Positions 1 through 9,854 of a stretch of 64,000 nt of DNA are shown piece by piece. This DNA comes from Thermoplasmata archaeon (GTDB lineage: Archaea; Thermoplasmatota; E2; JACPAO01; JAHFTW01), in assembly GCA_034667725.1 (NCBI GenBank), contig JAXDQS010000003.1, positions 384,001 to 448,000 on the forward strand. The letters run 5' to 3'. The notes under the pieces were generated by a model. That model had not been told where the DNA came from. It saw only the letters and a list, made by a program, of their open reading frames with translations, and did no database searches. How positions within the stretch are numbered: the stretch's first letter is position 1; each line of letters opens with the position of its first letter. The position numbers and the translations under genes were made by a program.

Positions 1-89
1 CGCATGGCTGTCGAGAGGCCGCCCGCCATTTGATGGTTTCACCCGCCCCCCGAAACGGCTGGAATACCCCCGGCGGCTTTCTGTCCCTC

Positions 90-320
90 ATGGCCCGCCT
101 TACCCTCACCACCGGCCTCTGCCCCGTCTGCGGGGACGAGGTCACGCGCACCGTCAGCATCCACCACGGCCTCGCCTCCGAAGCCTACCATTGCCCCGTG
201 CATGGCCGCCGCGCCGCCAGTCCCTCCGGCCTGAACGCCCTCGAATGGGCCGCCACCCCCAGCATGTCCACCCTCGGCGAGGTCCTCGGCTTCGCCACCC
301 CGGCCCCCTGGGTCCGTTAG
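90..320 (+). CDS. small putative Zn-ribbon protein (76 aa)
   Basis: ATG at 90; CPVCG and HCPVHG motifs; GC3-rich codons. Confidence 0.6.
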   Translation: MARLTLTTGLCPVCGDEVTRTVSIHHGLASEAYHCPVHGRRAASPSGLNALEWAATPSMSTLGEVLGFATPAPWVR

Positions 321-429
321 CTCATCGGAAGCCGCAGGGGCGCAGCCGGGACGCAGCCCCCCTTGGTCACCACCCCTGCGGCCTCCCCCTGCCAAAAGCC
401 TCATGTCGGCCCATCCGCGGTTCCCCCTG

Positions 430-2412
430 ATGCACAAGACCGTCGTCGCCCTCCTCGTCGCCGCCCTGCTGGCCGGCTGCGTCAACCCTGACCCCAGCGG
501 GTCGGACGAGCCTGCGCCTGCGCGGTTGCGCGCCGAGGACATCGTGGTCCCCGCCGGCGCCACCCTGAAGGCCATCGAGGGCGGCTTCGCGCTTGCCTTC
601 GGCGCCGACAAGCTGCCCTTCGAGTTCAGCCTCCCCGCCGGCGCCACGATGGTGCGCGCCACCTCGGACGACGTCCGGCTCACGATGGTCAACGCCGACA
701 CCGGCCGCCGCCGCTGCAACACGCCCACCGTCGAGTCGTTCTCCGTCAGCCATGGCCCGCCCTACACCTGCTCCTCCGTGGCCGCCTTGGACGAGGCGGG
801 CGCCAAGTGGCGCGTCGGCGGCACCGGCTCGGGCGCGGTCCGCGTCGAGCTCCTGGACCTCCCGCTCGACGGCCTGGCCGGCATGGTCCGGCTCGACGGC
901 CTCAGCAAGCCCACCCTGAAGCTCCAGGAGACCCAGGTCCTCGCGGTCCCGAGCTTCGACGGCACCACCCTCCGCGTCGAGGTCACCATCCCCGAAGGCG
1001 ACGGCCCCTGGCCCGCGATCATCGAGTCGAGCCCCTACCACGGCGACGGCGCCCGCGACGCGCCCGCCTCCTGGGCCTACTTCGTGCAGGACTGGGCCAA
1101 GCGCGGCTACGCCGTGGTGGTCGCCGACGTGCGCGGCTTCGGCCACTCCGGCGGCTGCGTCGAGGTCTGGGGCCCCAACGAGCAGGCCGACCAGCGCTTC
1201 CTGGTGGACTGGACCGCCAAGCAGTCGTGGTCGAACGGCCGCGTCGGCTTCTACGGCCAATCCTACGTCGCCACCACGCCCGTCGAGGCCGCCGTCCAAG
1301 CCCCCGAGGCGCTGAAGGCCATCATCGCGGTGGCGCCCGTCATCAACGCCTACAACGACTGGCACTTCGGCGGCGTCCCCAACGGCGAGAACGCCCTCAG
1401 CCCGGTCGCCTACCAGGCCCAGACCGACTCTCAGGAGCCGTCCACCGACCCCGCCTTCCTGCTGTCGTCCGCCAGCAACGGCCCCTGCGACCCGGCCCTG
1501 GTGGTCCGCGCCAACGACCCGCGCGCCGTCTACGACGCCTTCTACCGCGAGCGCGACTTCTCGCGGAGAGCCGGCGAGGTCCGGGCCGCCGTCCTCTACA
1601 CCCAAGGCTTCGAGGACGCCAACGTCAAGTCTGCCATGATCCCCGGCTGGTTCAACGAGCTCCAAGGCCCCAAGCTGGGCGTGTTCGGCCACTGGCTGCA
1701 CCAGCACCCGTCCCGCCTCGACACGGAGCTCCTGATGGTCGCCTGGATGGACCACTACGTCAAGGGCGTGGACCTCGGCCTCGACCAGCTCCCGCAAGCC
1801 GTCATCACGGCCGACCGCGGCCGCGAGCGCTACGCGGACACCTGGCCGCCGGTCGAGCCGGAGGTCGCGACCCTCCACGCCGACTTCGCGGGCGGAACGC
1901 TCGGCCCCGACCCCGCCGACGGCAGCGCCACCCTCGCCCTCGACCCGGCGGGCACGGGCACCTCGCCCCTCGGCGACGACCTCCTGGTCACGCTGGAGGG
2001 CACGCTGGACGCGCCGCTCGCGCTCGCAGGCACCGGCCTGCTGCACGTCGCCGGCACCCTCGAAGGCGCCGCCAACGCCTACGTGGCCGCCTACCTCTAC
2101 GACGGCGCCAACCTGGTGGCCTGGGGCCAGTTCAACATGGCCCACCGCGACGGCCACGAGGCGTTCTCGCCCGTCGTCCCAGGCAACCGCATTGCCTTCG
2201 ACCTGCCGCTGCGGCCGACCGAGCACGTCTTCGAGGCGGGCAGCACCCTTCGCCTCGAACTGCGCGGCGTCACCGCGGCCGACGCCGTCCACCCCGGCGG
2301 CATCCTGGGCGCCCGCTTCACCTTCGAAGGCGGCCCGGACGGCACGGCCTTGCTGTTGCCGACGGTCCCCGCTGACAGCTACCACGCCATCCCGCTGTCG
2401 GCCATGCCCTAG
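430..2412 (+). CDS. CocE/NonD (peptidase S15) family hydrolase, lipoprotein
   Basis: lipobox LLAGC; GYAVVVADVRGFGHSGG; nucleophile GQSY; C-terminal PepX_C-like domain. Confidence 0.85.
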   Translation: MHKTVVALLVAALLAGCVNPDPSGSDEPAPARLRAEDIVVPAGATLKAIEGGFALAFGADKLPFEFSLPAGATMVRATSDDVRLTMVNADTGRRRCNTPTVESFSVSHGPPYTCSSVAALDEAGAKWRVGGTGSGAVRVELLDLPLDGLAGMVRLDGLSKPTLKLQETQVLAVPSFDGTTLRVEVTIPEGDGPWPAIIESSPYHGDGARDAPASWAYFVQDWAKRGYAVVVADVRGFGHSGGCVEVWGPNEQADQRFLVDWTAKQSWSNGRVGFYGQSYVATTPVEAAVQAPEALKAIIAVAPVINAYNDWHFGGVPNGENALSPVAYQAQTDSQEPSTDPAFLLSSASNGPCDPALVVRANDPRAVYDAFYRERDFSRRAGEVRAAVLYTQGFEDANVKSAMIPGWFNELQGPKLGVFGHWLHQHPSRLDTELLMVAWMDHYVKGVDLGLDQLPQAVITADRGRERYADTWPPVEPEVATLHADFAGGTLGPDPADGSATLALDPAGTGTSPLGDDLLVTLEGTLDAPLALAGTGLLHVAGTLEGAANAYVAAYLYDGANLVAWGQFNMAHRDGHEAFSPVVPGNRIAFDLPLRPTEHVFEAGSTLRLELRGVTAADAVHPGGILGARFTFEGGPDGTALLLPTVPADSYHAIPLSAMP

Positions 2413-2456
2413 CGCGTTGGCGAAGGCTTAAGCACCGCGGACGGAGGGCGACAGCC

Positions 2457-3659
2457 ATGGCCCATCCCCTGGGCGGACCGGACCTCGTCGACTCGCCGAC
2501 GGCGGAGCGGTACGCAGGGTCGCGCCACCTCGGCGTCCTCCCCCTCGGCTGCATCCAGTGCCGCGAGGGCGCCAAGCTGGTGCTGTTCGTGACGGGCCTG
2601 TGCGACAAGGAGTGCTTCTACTGCCCCGTGTCGCGCAACAAGATGTACCGCGACGTCATGTTCGCCAACGAGCGGCCCATCCACCCCGGCAAGTGGGACG
2701 ACTTGATCGACGAGTGCCAGCTGATCGGCGCCAAGGGTGCCGGCATCACCGGCGGCGACCCCATGATGGTCCCCGAGCGCGTCTGCGAGGCCATCTGTGT
2801 CCTGAAGGAGCGCTTCGGCGCCGACTTCCACACCCACCTCTACACCTCGTGCAGCTTCGACCTCGCCTGGATCGCCAAGCTCAAGGAGGCCGGCCTGGAC
2901 GAGATTCGCTTCCACCCGGAAGTTTCCGACTACGCCCGCCTGGAGGAGTCGTGGCACGGCCCCGCCGTCAAGGAGGCCCGCCGCGTCGGCCTCACCACCA
3001 CCATCGAGATCCCCTGCATCCCCGGCAAGGCCGCCGACATCCTCCAATTGGCCCGCGACGCCGAGCGGCTGGGCTGCAACGGCCTCAACATGAACGAGCT
3101 GGAGTTCAGCGACCCCAACATCGCCAACCTCAAGGCGCGCGGCTTCACAGTGGCGGACGACGAGTCCCAGCGCGTGGCCGGCAGCCGCGACACGGGCATG
3201 GAAGTCCTCGACGCATGGCAGACGGAGGCCCGCGGCAAGGGCACCATGGGCGGCAGCCGCGGCACCAGCCAGTTCGCCGTCCACTTCTGCAGCAGCCCCT
3301 ACAAGGACGCCATCCAGCTCATGCAGCGCTTCCGCCGCCGCGCCAGCAACACCGCCCGCCCCTTCGAGGAGGTCACGGACGAAGGCACCATCGTCTACGG
3401 CGTGCTGCGGCCCCACGACCCCGCGACCCTGGGCGAGGCGGCCGAGCGGCTCCGCACCGAGTACGAGGTCCCCATGGAGTGGGTCGCCGTCGTGGGCGAC
3501 CGCATCGAGACCGCGCCGGCCGTGGCCGAGGAGCTGGCCGAGTCGGGCGAGCTTGAAGGGCTAGGCTGCAAGGCGTGGTTGAGCGAAGTCCACCCGACGG
3601 CGGACCGGCTCGAGGTGGAGCGGGTGCCGCTGCCCATCGTGGATGCTCCTGAGGAATGA
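2457..3659 (+). CDS. radical SAM protein (archaeal COG2108-like)
   Basis: GCIQC..GAKLVLFVTGLC; CxxxCxxC (CDKECFYC); ITGGDP; GLDEIRFHP; TATA-like CTTAAG about 28 nt upstream. Confidence 0.9.
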   Translation: MAHPLGGPDLVDSPTAERYAGSRHLGVLPLGCIQCREGAKLVLFVTGLCDKECFYCPVSRNKMYRDVMFANERPIHPGKWDDLIDECQLIGAKGAGITGGDPMMVPERVCEAICVLKERFGADFHTHLYTSCSFDLAWIAKLKEAGLDEIRFHPEVSDYARLEESWHGPAVKEARRVGLTTTIEIPCIPGKAADILQLARDAERLGCNGLNMNELEFSDPNIANLKARGFTVADDESQRVAGSRDTGMEVLDAWQTEARGKGTMGGSRGTSQFAVHFCSSPYKDAIQLMQRFRRRASNTARPFEEVTDEGTIVYGVLRPHDPATLGEAAERLRTEYEVPMEWVAVVGDRIETAPAVAEELAESGELEGLGCKAWLSEVHPTADRLEVERVPLPIVDAPEE

Positions 3660-3664
3660 GCGGT

Positions 3665-4013
3665 CGGTGTCCTCGGTGGCGACGCCTCACCGCCGACTGG
3701 ACGCAGATTCGGCAGAGTTCTGTGAGAATCTTCTGAATCTGAGGAAATCAGTGCTCGTCGCGGGCCACCGACTGGACACAGATTCCACAAATCTTCTGTG
3801 GGAATCTTCTGAATCTGAGCGAATCGGTGCCCGTCGGGTGACCGACGCACACAGATTCCACAGACCCTGACTTTGGTTCTGGCGGGGCCTAGCCAAAAAC
3901 TCCACAGGGTTCTGTGGGAATCTTCCGAATCTGGGGAAATCAGTGCCCGTCGCGCGCCGCCGACCGGACACAGATTCCACACAAAGTTCCGAGGGAATCC
4001 ACCGAGGGCACCG
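3665..4013. repeat. modular hairpin repeat element, copy 1 (REP/BIME- or MITE-like)
   Basis: about 4 tandem units of about 74 nt with core GATTCCACAGA-NN-TCTGTGGGAATC; 15-bp inverted ends CGGTGTCCTCGGTGG (3665-3679) and CCACCGAGGGCACCG (3999-4013); lies between convergent genes. Confidence 0.85.
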
Positions 4014-4023
4014 CGACCGACCG

Positions 4024-4422
4024 TCAGCCGACGTGCACCACGCCGCGCATGTCCGACTCGTGGTGGCGGTGGCACCAGATGGTCCAGGCCCCGTCCTCAT
4101 TGAGGGTCGCGTTGTACGACATCCCGGCGTCCACCGAGTATTGCGGCTCGTGCAGCTTGGGCGAGAAGAACCGCGGGTAGTCCTCGCTCGGCGGGTCGCC
4201 CACGTAGGCGGCCACGTCATGCGCCTCCTGCCCCGCGTTGACCCACACCACGGTGGCGCCGGAGGGGACGCGCGCCTCCGCCGGCTCGAACCGCAGCGCG
4301 TCGGTCATCCGGATGACGTAGCGGCCTTGGTCGTCCATGGGCGGCACCGTGCCCTTCGCAGAGCAGCCCGCGGCCATCACGGCGACCAAGACCAAGGCGA
4401 GCCAAGGACCATAGGTGGGCAC
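4024..4422 (-). CDS. cupredoxin/plastocyanin-family blue copper lipoprotein
   Basis: lipobox AAGC; RFEPAEARV..G.TV.WVN; HDV; C-x2-H-x4-M ligands (WCHRHHESDMRG). Confidence 0.85.
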   Translation of the reverse strand: MPTYGPWLALVLVAVMAAGCSAKGTVPPMDDQGRYVIRMTDALRFEPAEARVPSGATVVWVNAGQEAHDVAAYVGDPPSEDYPRFFSPKLHEPQYSVDAGMSYNATLNEDGAWTIWCHRHHESDMRGVVHVG

Positions 4423-4521
4423 GACGCCCCATCGGGCCCTCCTGAATCTAGGTTTTGGCTATTGCCGGCAAGCGGGGGCCCTTCAATCGCCCTTATCTAG
4501 CGGCGTTTCCTCGAACGCGTC

Positions 4522-4938
4522 ATGACGCAACGGCAGGTCCGCATCCTGGTGGCAAAACCTGGGCTGGACGGCCACGACCGCGGCGCCAAGGTGGTCGCCC
4601 GTGCCCTGCGCGACGCCGGCTACGAGGTCATCTACACGGGGTTGCGCCAGACGCCCCAGCAGATCGCGGCGGCGGCCGTCCAGGAGGACGTCCATCTGGT
4701 GGGCCTGAGTTGCCTCAGCGGCGCCCACATGACCCTGTTCCCCAAGGTGAAGCAGCTTCTCGTCCAGGAGGGCGCGGAGGACGTCATCGTGTTCGGCGGC
4801 GGCATCATCCCCGACGACGACGCCAAGCGCCTGCGGGAGTCCGGCATCGAGGCGGTCTTCGGCCCCGGCACCGACACCCGCGACATCGTGAAGTTCATCG
4901 AGCAGCACCCCCGCCTCGCCGCGGCCGCGACCGCGTAG
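4522..4938 (+). CDS. cobalamin-binding domain of methylmalonyl-CoA mutase family (small subunit)
   Basis: [13 protein letters not shown]; GLSCLSGAH; FGGGIIP. Confidence 0.95.
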   Translation: MTQRQVRILVAKPGLDGHDRGAKVVARALRDAGYEVIYTGLRQTPQQIAAAAVQEDVHLVGLSCLSGAHMTLFPKVKQLLVQEGAEDVIVFGGGIIPDDDAKRLRESGIEAVFGPGTDTRDIVKFIEQHPRLAAAATA

Positions 4939-4941
4939 GCC

Positions 4942-5907
4942 ATGCAGCTCGCCGACGTCGTCGCAGGCGTCCAGGCCGGCCAACGCCGCGCCATCGGGCG
5001 CCTCATCACCCTCTTGGAGTCGGACGACCCGACGGGCCCCGCCGCCCTGCACGCCCTGCGGGAGCGGCTCGGCCGCGCCCACGTCGTCGGCGTCACCGGC
5101 GCCCCCGGCACCGGCAAGTCCACCCTCGTGGACCGCCTCATCGCGGAGGCGCGCCGCCGCGGCTTGCGGGTCGGCGTCGTCGCCGTCGACCCCTCCAGCC
5201 CCTTCACCGGCGGCGCCATCCTGGGCGACCGCATCCGCATGGGCGGCCACGCCAACGACCCCAACGTCTTCATCCGCAGCATGGGCAGCCGCGGCGCCCT
5301 CGGCGGCCTCAGCACCCACACCTTGGAGGCCGTGCAGGCGCTCGACGCCGCCGGCTTCGACCTGGTGCTGGTGGAGACCGTCGGCGTCGGCCAGGCCGAG
5401 GTGGACGTCGCCCGCCTCGCCGACACCGTCCTCGTCGTCCTGGTCCCCAACCTCGGCGACGACGTCCAGGCCGTCAAGGCCGGCATCATGGAGATCGCCG
5501 ACGCCTTCGTCGTCAACAAGGCCGACCTGGTGGGCTCCGACAAGGTGGCCGCCGAGGTCGAGGCCAGCCTCATGCTCGCCCACCCCGCCATGCCGCCCGC
5601 CGGCGAGCCCTGGACGCCCCCGATCCTGCGCACCGTCGCCGAGCGCGCCGACGGGGTCGCCGCCGTGCTGGACGCCGTCGCCGCCCACAAGGCCTGGAGC
5701 CAAGCCTCCGGCACGTGGGCGGGCCGCCGCCGCGCCCGCCTCGCCGCCGAGGTGCGCGCGCATTTGCAGCGCGCCGTCTGGGAACGCGCCTTCGCCCGCG
5801 ATGGCTCCTTCCGCCCAGGCTACGCCGCCCTGGAGGCGCGGCTGGCCCGCGGCGAGCTGTCCGCCCGCGAGGCGGCCGCCCAGGTGCTGGCGTCGCCTAC
5901 GCCGTGA
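4942..5907 (+). CDS. meaB: MeaB/ArgK GTPase metallochaperone
   Basis: GAPGTGKST; AVDPSSPFTGGAILGDRIRM; ETVGVGQ; VNKAD. Confidence 0.95.
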   Translation: MQLADVVAGVQAGQRRAIGRLITLLESDDPTGPAALHALRERLGRAHVVGVTGAPGTGKSTLVDRLIAEARRRGLRVGVVAVDPSSPFTGGAILGDRIRMGGHANDPNVFIRSMGSRGALGGLSTHTLEAVQALDAAGFDLVLVETVGVGQAEVDVARLADTVLVVLVPNLGDDVQAVKAGIMEIADAFVVNKADLVGSDKVAAEVEASLMLAHPAMPPAGEPWTPPILRTVAERADGVAAVLDAVAAHKAWSQASGTWAGRRRARLAAEVRAHLQRAVWERAFARDGSFRPGYAALEARLARGELSAREAAAQVLASPTP

Positions 5908-6595
5908 CGGCGGGCCGGCTCATCGGCGGCGGCACGCTCGCCTGCATCGCCTGGACCTGCGCGTCGGTGTAGTTGCCGAACGCGAACAGCACCGCCTCGC
6001 CGTCCTTGACCTGATAGTCGAGGTAGTCGCCCATCGGGTGCTCGGCCCACTCGCCGTCGACGTCCTGGAGCCAGAACCGCAGCGTCTGGTTGCCGTTGTT
6101 CTCCCACTCGCCGGCGAACCCGGTGGTGGCGTGCTGGCCTGCGATGACCAGGCCGTCGGCGCTGAGGCCCACGTCGGCGATGTCGAGCGCGGTGCGCAAT
6201 CCGACGCAAGTGCCCCCTTCGTAGTGCAACTGGGCAGGACCCAACGCCTCGGAGCCTTGCTCAGGGCCCGACTGGTGCATGTGGATGGCGAGGCGCATCT
6301 TGCCGGTGCCCAGGTCGTAGTAGGGCCGGCCGCCGGCGTCCTTGGGGAGGTTCATGTCCAGCATCCGGGGCGACCCGTCCTCGTTCGGCGTGTAGACGCG
6401 GAACGTCCCATGCCAGTGGTCCGGGCACTCCGGCCGCAGGTTCTTGAGGGCGACGATCGCCAAGGCGCCCAAGCCGATCACCAGGAAGATGACCAGGGGA
6501 ACCTTCCAGGCGCCGGCCTTCGACGGGCCCTTGTGCTTGGTGCCGGCTTCCTTGGCGCGCTGGGCACGGCGTTCACGAGGCGAAAGGTCGTCCAT
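5897..6595 (-). CDS. membrane-anchored His-motif hypothetical protein (paralog of 7938-8615)
   Basis: N-terminal TM helix; DHWH..IHMH..LHYE motifs. Confidence 0.75.
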   Translation of the reverse strand: MDDLSPRERRAQRAKEAGTKHKGPSKAGAWKVPLVIFLVIGLGALAIVALKNLRPECPDHWHGTFRVYTPNEDGSPRMLDMNLPKDAGGRPYYDLGTGKMRLAIHMHQSGPEQGSEALGPAQLHYEGGTCVGLRTALDIADVGLSADGLVIAGQHATTGFAGEWENNGNQTLRFWLQDVDGEWAEHPMGDYLDYQVKDGEAVLFAFGNYTDAQVQAMQASVPPPMSRPAVTA

Positions 6596-6735
6596 GGGTG
6601 CGGCTCCGACTTGGGGGCGCGTTTAGAACCTTGTTGATGCAGAAAGTTGCAACGACGCGGCGCGCCTTGGGGCATGCCGTGGGCTGGGGAAGGGAAAACG
6701 TTTGCGTGGACCTGGGCGTTCGGCGCCGGGCCGGT

Positions 6736-6763
6736 CCACCGAGCCCACCGAGGGCACCGAGAC
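6736..6763. repeat. isolated terminal remnant of the hairpin repeat element
   Basis: CCACCGAGC-CCACCGAGG-GCACCGAGAC matches the ends of the copies at 3999, 12418 and (reverse) 19310. Confidence 0.6.
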
Positions 6764-6779
6764 GTCGGTTTCGCCCAAC

Positions 6780-7913
6780 CTAGCCCTTGAGCAGGTTGTT
6801 CGCGATGACCATCCGCTGGATCTCGCTGGTGCCTTCGTAGATCTCGGTGATCTTGGCGTCACGGAAGTGGCGCTCGACGGGGTAGTCCTTGGTGTAGCCG
6901 TTGCCGCCGTGGATCTGGATGGCCTGCGTCGAGGCCCACATCGCGGTCTCGCTGGCGAACACCTTGGCCATGCTGGCCTCCTTGGAGTAGGGGACCTTGT
7001 CGTCCTTCATGCGGGCGGCGCGGTGGATGAGCAGGCGGGCGGCGTCGATGCGGGTCGCCATGTCCGCGAGCATCCACTGGATGGCCTGGTTGCTGCCGAT
7101 GGGCCGGCCGAACTGCTTGCGCTCCTGGGCGTAGGCGAGGCTGGCCTCGAAGCTGGCGACCGCGATGCCAAGGGCTTGGGAGGCGATGCCGAGGCGGCCG
7201 CCGTCCAGCGTCTTCATGGCGACCTTGAAGCCCTCGCCGACGGGGCCGAGGACGTTCTCCTGGGGCACCTCGACGCCTTCGAAGAACAGCGGGCAGCAGG
7301 GGGCGGCGCGGATGCCGAGCTTGTCCTCGGGCTTGCCGATGCCGAAGCCGGGCGTGCCCTTCTCGACCAGGAAGGCGGTCTGGCCCTTGTGGCCGGCGGC
7401 CTTGTCGGTCTGGGCGAAGACGACGTAGGTCTCGGCGAGGCCGGCGTTGGTGATGAACAGCTTCTGGCCGTCGAGGATCCAGGCGTTGCCGCGCTTGGTG
7501 GCCGAGGTCTGCATCGACACGACGTCGCTGCCGGCGTTGGGCTCGGTGAGGCCGTAGGCGCCGAGCTTCTTGCCCTCCAGCATGGGGCGCAGGTAACGCT
7601 CGTGCTGCTCGGCGTTGCCGTAGGTGTGGATGGGCCAGCCGGAGAGGGAGTTGTTGACGCTGCAGATGACGCCGGTGGCGGCGCACGCCCGCGACAGCTC
7701 CTCGATGGCGATGCAGTAGCTCACCATGTCGGCGCCGGCGCCGCCCAATTCGGCGGGGAAGTTCATGCCCATGAGGCCGAGGCTGCCCATCTCGCCGGCT
7801 AGGCTCGCGTCCCATTGGTGGGTGTCGTCCATCCGCTTGGCTTGCGGCTTGACGCGGCGCTCGGCGAACTCCCGGACCGTCTGACGGATGAGGTCGTGCT
7901 CGGGCGTGTGCAC
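6780..7913 (-). CDS. acyl-CoA dehydrogenase (short/branched chain)
   Basis: [10 protein letters not shown]; GQKLFITN; [14 protein letters not shown]; QIHGGNGY; [10 protein letters not shown]. Confidence 0.97.
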   Translation of the reverse strand: MHTPEHDLIRQTVREFAERRVKPQAKRMDDTHQWDASLAGEMGSLGLMGMNFPAELGGAGADMVSYCIAIEELSRACAATGVICSVNNSLSGWPIHTYGNAEQHERYLRPMLEGKKLGAYGLTEPNAGSDVVSMQTSATKRGNAWILDGQKLFITNAGLAETYVVFAQTDKAAGHKGQTAFLVEKGTPGFGIGKPEDKLGIRAAPCCPLFFEGVEVPQENVLGPVGEGFKVAMKTLDGGRLGIASQALGIAVASFEASLAYAQERKQFGRPIGSNQAIQWMLADMATRIDAARLLIHRAARMKDDKVPYSKEASMAKVFASETAMWASTQAIQIHGGNGYTKDYPVERHFRDAKITEIYEGTSEIQRMVIANNLLKG

Positions 7914-7937
7914 GGGGGCGGCGACGGGCTCGCGGCT

Positions 7938-8615
7938 TTAGACCTGCGCGGGGCGGCCGATGGGCGCCGGCACGAGGTCCTGCATCTCGGCCACTTGGGC
8001 GTCGGTGTAGTCGCCGAAGGCCACCAGGATGGATTCGCCGTCGCGCAGCTGGGTCTCCAGCACGTCCGCGGGGGCGTGCTCGGCCCAGGCCCAGTCGATG
8101 CCTTGGATCCACGTCCGCAGCACGCCGCCCTGGCCGTCGGTCCAGTTGCCCGTCGAGCCGGTCTGGCTGTGCTGGCCGTACACGCGCAGCGAGGCGGCCT
8201 GGAGGTCCACGTCGGCCACCATGAGGGAGTTGTGGACGTCGACGCAGACGCCGCCCTCGTAATGGAGCTGCGCGGGCCCGAGGGCCGCCGACCCTTGCTC
8301 GGGGCCCGACTGGTGCATGTGGATGGCGAGGCGCATCTTGCCGGTGCCCAGGTCGTAGTAGGGCCGGCCGTGGGCGTCCTTGGGCGCGTTCAGGTCGAGC
8401 ATCCGGGGCGCGCCGTCGTCGCCGGGGAGGAAGACGCGGAAGGTGGCGTGCCCGTGCGCCGGGCAGGCGTCAGGCTCGGCGGGCGCGGCGCGCGTCGCCA
8501 GCGTGGCCTTGGTCGCGGCCGTCGTCGTCCCCGTCGAGGTGGTCTTGGCGCCGGGGGCGGCGCAGCCGGCCAGCACGATGAGGGCAGCCAGGGACAAGGC
8601 GAGGAGGACACGCAT
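7938..8615 (-). CDS. His-motif hypothetical lipoprotein (paralog of 5897-6595)
   Basis: MRVLLALSLAALIVLAGC lipobox; Thr-rich linker; same IHMH/LHYE core. Confidence 0.8.
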   Translation of the reverse strand: MRVLLALSLAALIVLAGCAAPGAKTTSTGTTTAATKATLATRAAPAEPDACPAHGHATFRVFLPGDDGAPRMLDLNAPKDAHGRPYYDLGTGKMRLAIHMHQSGPEQGSAALGPAQLHYEGGVCVDVHNSLMVADVDLQAASLRVYGQHSQTGSTGNWTDGQGGVLRTWIQGIDWAWAEHAPADVLETQLRDGESILVAFGDYTDAQVAEMQDLVPAPIGRPAQV

Positions 8616-8666
8616 GCGCCTGCCACGCCACGGCGGCTTCTTGGACCCCGCGGTCCTGGCGCCGGC

Positions 8667-9854
8667 GTGGACGACGTGCACGCGCCGCTGGGCGACGGCT
8701 CGCCGCTGGCGGAGGCCGCCCTGGAGGCCTACCTCGCCGGGGTCGCGGCCGTCGACCCCACCGTCCTGGTGCGCGGCGCCGTCCGCCAAGGCCTGCTCGA
8801 CGACTGGCTGGTGTCGCGCGAGCGGCCGCACGCCCTCCAAGTCCTCGCCCTTGGGAAGGCCGCGCCGCGGATGCTGTGGGGCCTCGTCGAGACCGCGGTG
8901 CCGTTCTTCGGCTTGGGTGTGGCCCCGCGTGGCGTCCCGGCCCCGACGGTGGACACGTTCCGCTGGCTGCCCGGCGACCACCCGGTCCCCGCCGCCGCCT
9001 CGTTCGCCGCCGGCCAGGCCGTCCTCGACTGGGCCGCCGCGCTTCCCAACGACGCCCCGGTCCTGGTCCTGCTGTCGGGAGGCGCCAGCGCCTGCGCCGA
9101 GGCGCCCGCCGACGGCTGGGCCCCGGCCGAGGTGGCTGCGCTCCACACGCTGTTGCTGGCCTCCGGCAAGCCCATCGAGGCCGTCAACCGGGAACGCGCC
9201 GCCGCGTCGCGCCTCAAGGCCGGCGGCCTCGGCCGCGCCCTGCTGGCGCGCACGCCCCGGGTCCGCGTCTGGCTCCTCGCCGACACCGACCCCGCCCACG
9301 CGCAGGCGGCGGTCGGGTCGGGCCCGTGCGACGCGCCCGGCGTGCCCCATCGCGTCCTCGCCTCGGCCAGCGAGGCCATCGTCGGCGCCGGCCTCCGGCT
9401 CGGCGCCCTCGGCTGGCAGGCCTACCGCCACGCGCCGCGCGTCGAAGGCGACGCCGCGGCCGCGATGGAGGGGTTCCTCGCGGCGCTCGACGCGCTGCCG
9501 GCCGACCGCGACGTGGCGCTCGTCGGCGGCGGCGAGGCCACGGTGCAGGTCCCGCCCGGGGCGCCGCCCGGCGGGCGCTGCCAGCACGCAGCACTCGCCG
9601 CCGCCCGCGGCCTGGCGGCGCGCGGCTCCGAGGCGCTGGTGCTGTGCGGCGCCACCGACGGCGTCGACGGCGCCGGCGCGGCCGGCGCGTGGGCCAGCGC
9701 GCGCGACTGGGACGAGGCGGCCGGCACGGCCGCCCTCGCCCACGGCGCCGCGCAAGGCTACCTGGCGGCGCGCGGGCGGCTGATCCCTGCGGACCCGACC
9801 GGGACGAACGTCAACGACCTGTGGATCGCGCTCAGGCCAGGCCGGCGCCGCTGA
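8667..9854 (+). CDS. glycerate kinase type 2 (DUF4147/MOFRL)
   Basis: LGKAA..M; HPVP; LLSGGASA; GGEATV; TDGVDG; TGTNVND; GTG start inferred. Confidence 0.85.
   Translation: MDDVHAPLGDGSPLAEAALEAYLAGVAAVDPTVLVRGAVRQGLLDDWLVSRERPHALQVLALGKAAPRMLWGLVETAVPFFGLGVAPRGVPAPTVDTFRWLPGDHPVPAAASFAAGQAVLDWAAALPNDAPVLVLLSGGASACAEAPADGWAPAEVAALHTLLLASGKPIEAVNRERAAASRLKAGGLGRALLARTPRVRVWLLADTDPAHAQAAVGSGPCDAPGVPHRVLASASEAIVGAGLRLGALGWQAYRHAPRVEGDAAAAMEGFLAALDALPADRDVALVGGGEATVQVPPGAPPGGRCQHAALAAARGLAARGSEALVLCGATDGVDGAGAAGAWASARDWDEAAGTAALAHGAAQGYLAARGRLIPADPTGTNVNDLWIALRPGRRR

Noticed and set aside
3395-4220. ORFs through the repeat element (DSEDSHRTLWNL peptides; also near 12.0-12.4 and 19.3 kb)
   Set aside because: Unit lengths shift frame, the ORFs overlap real genes, and codon usage is atypical
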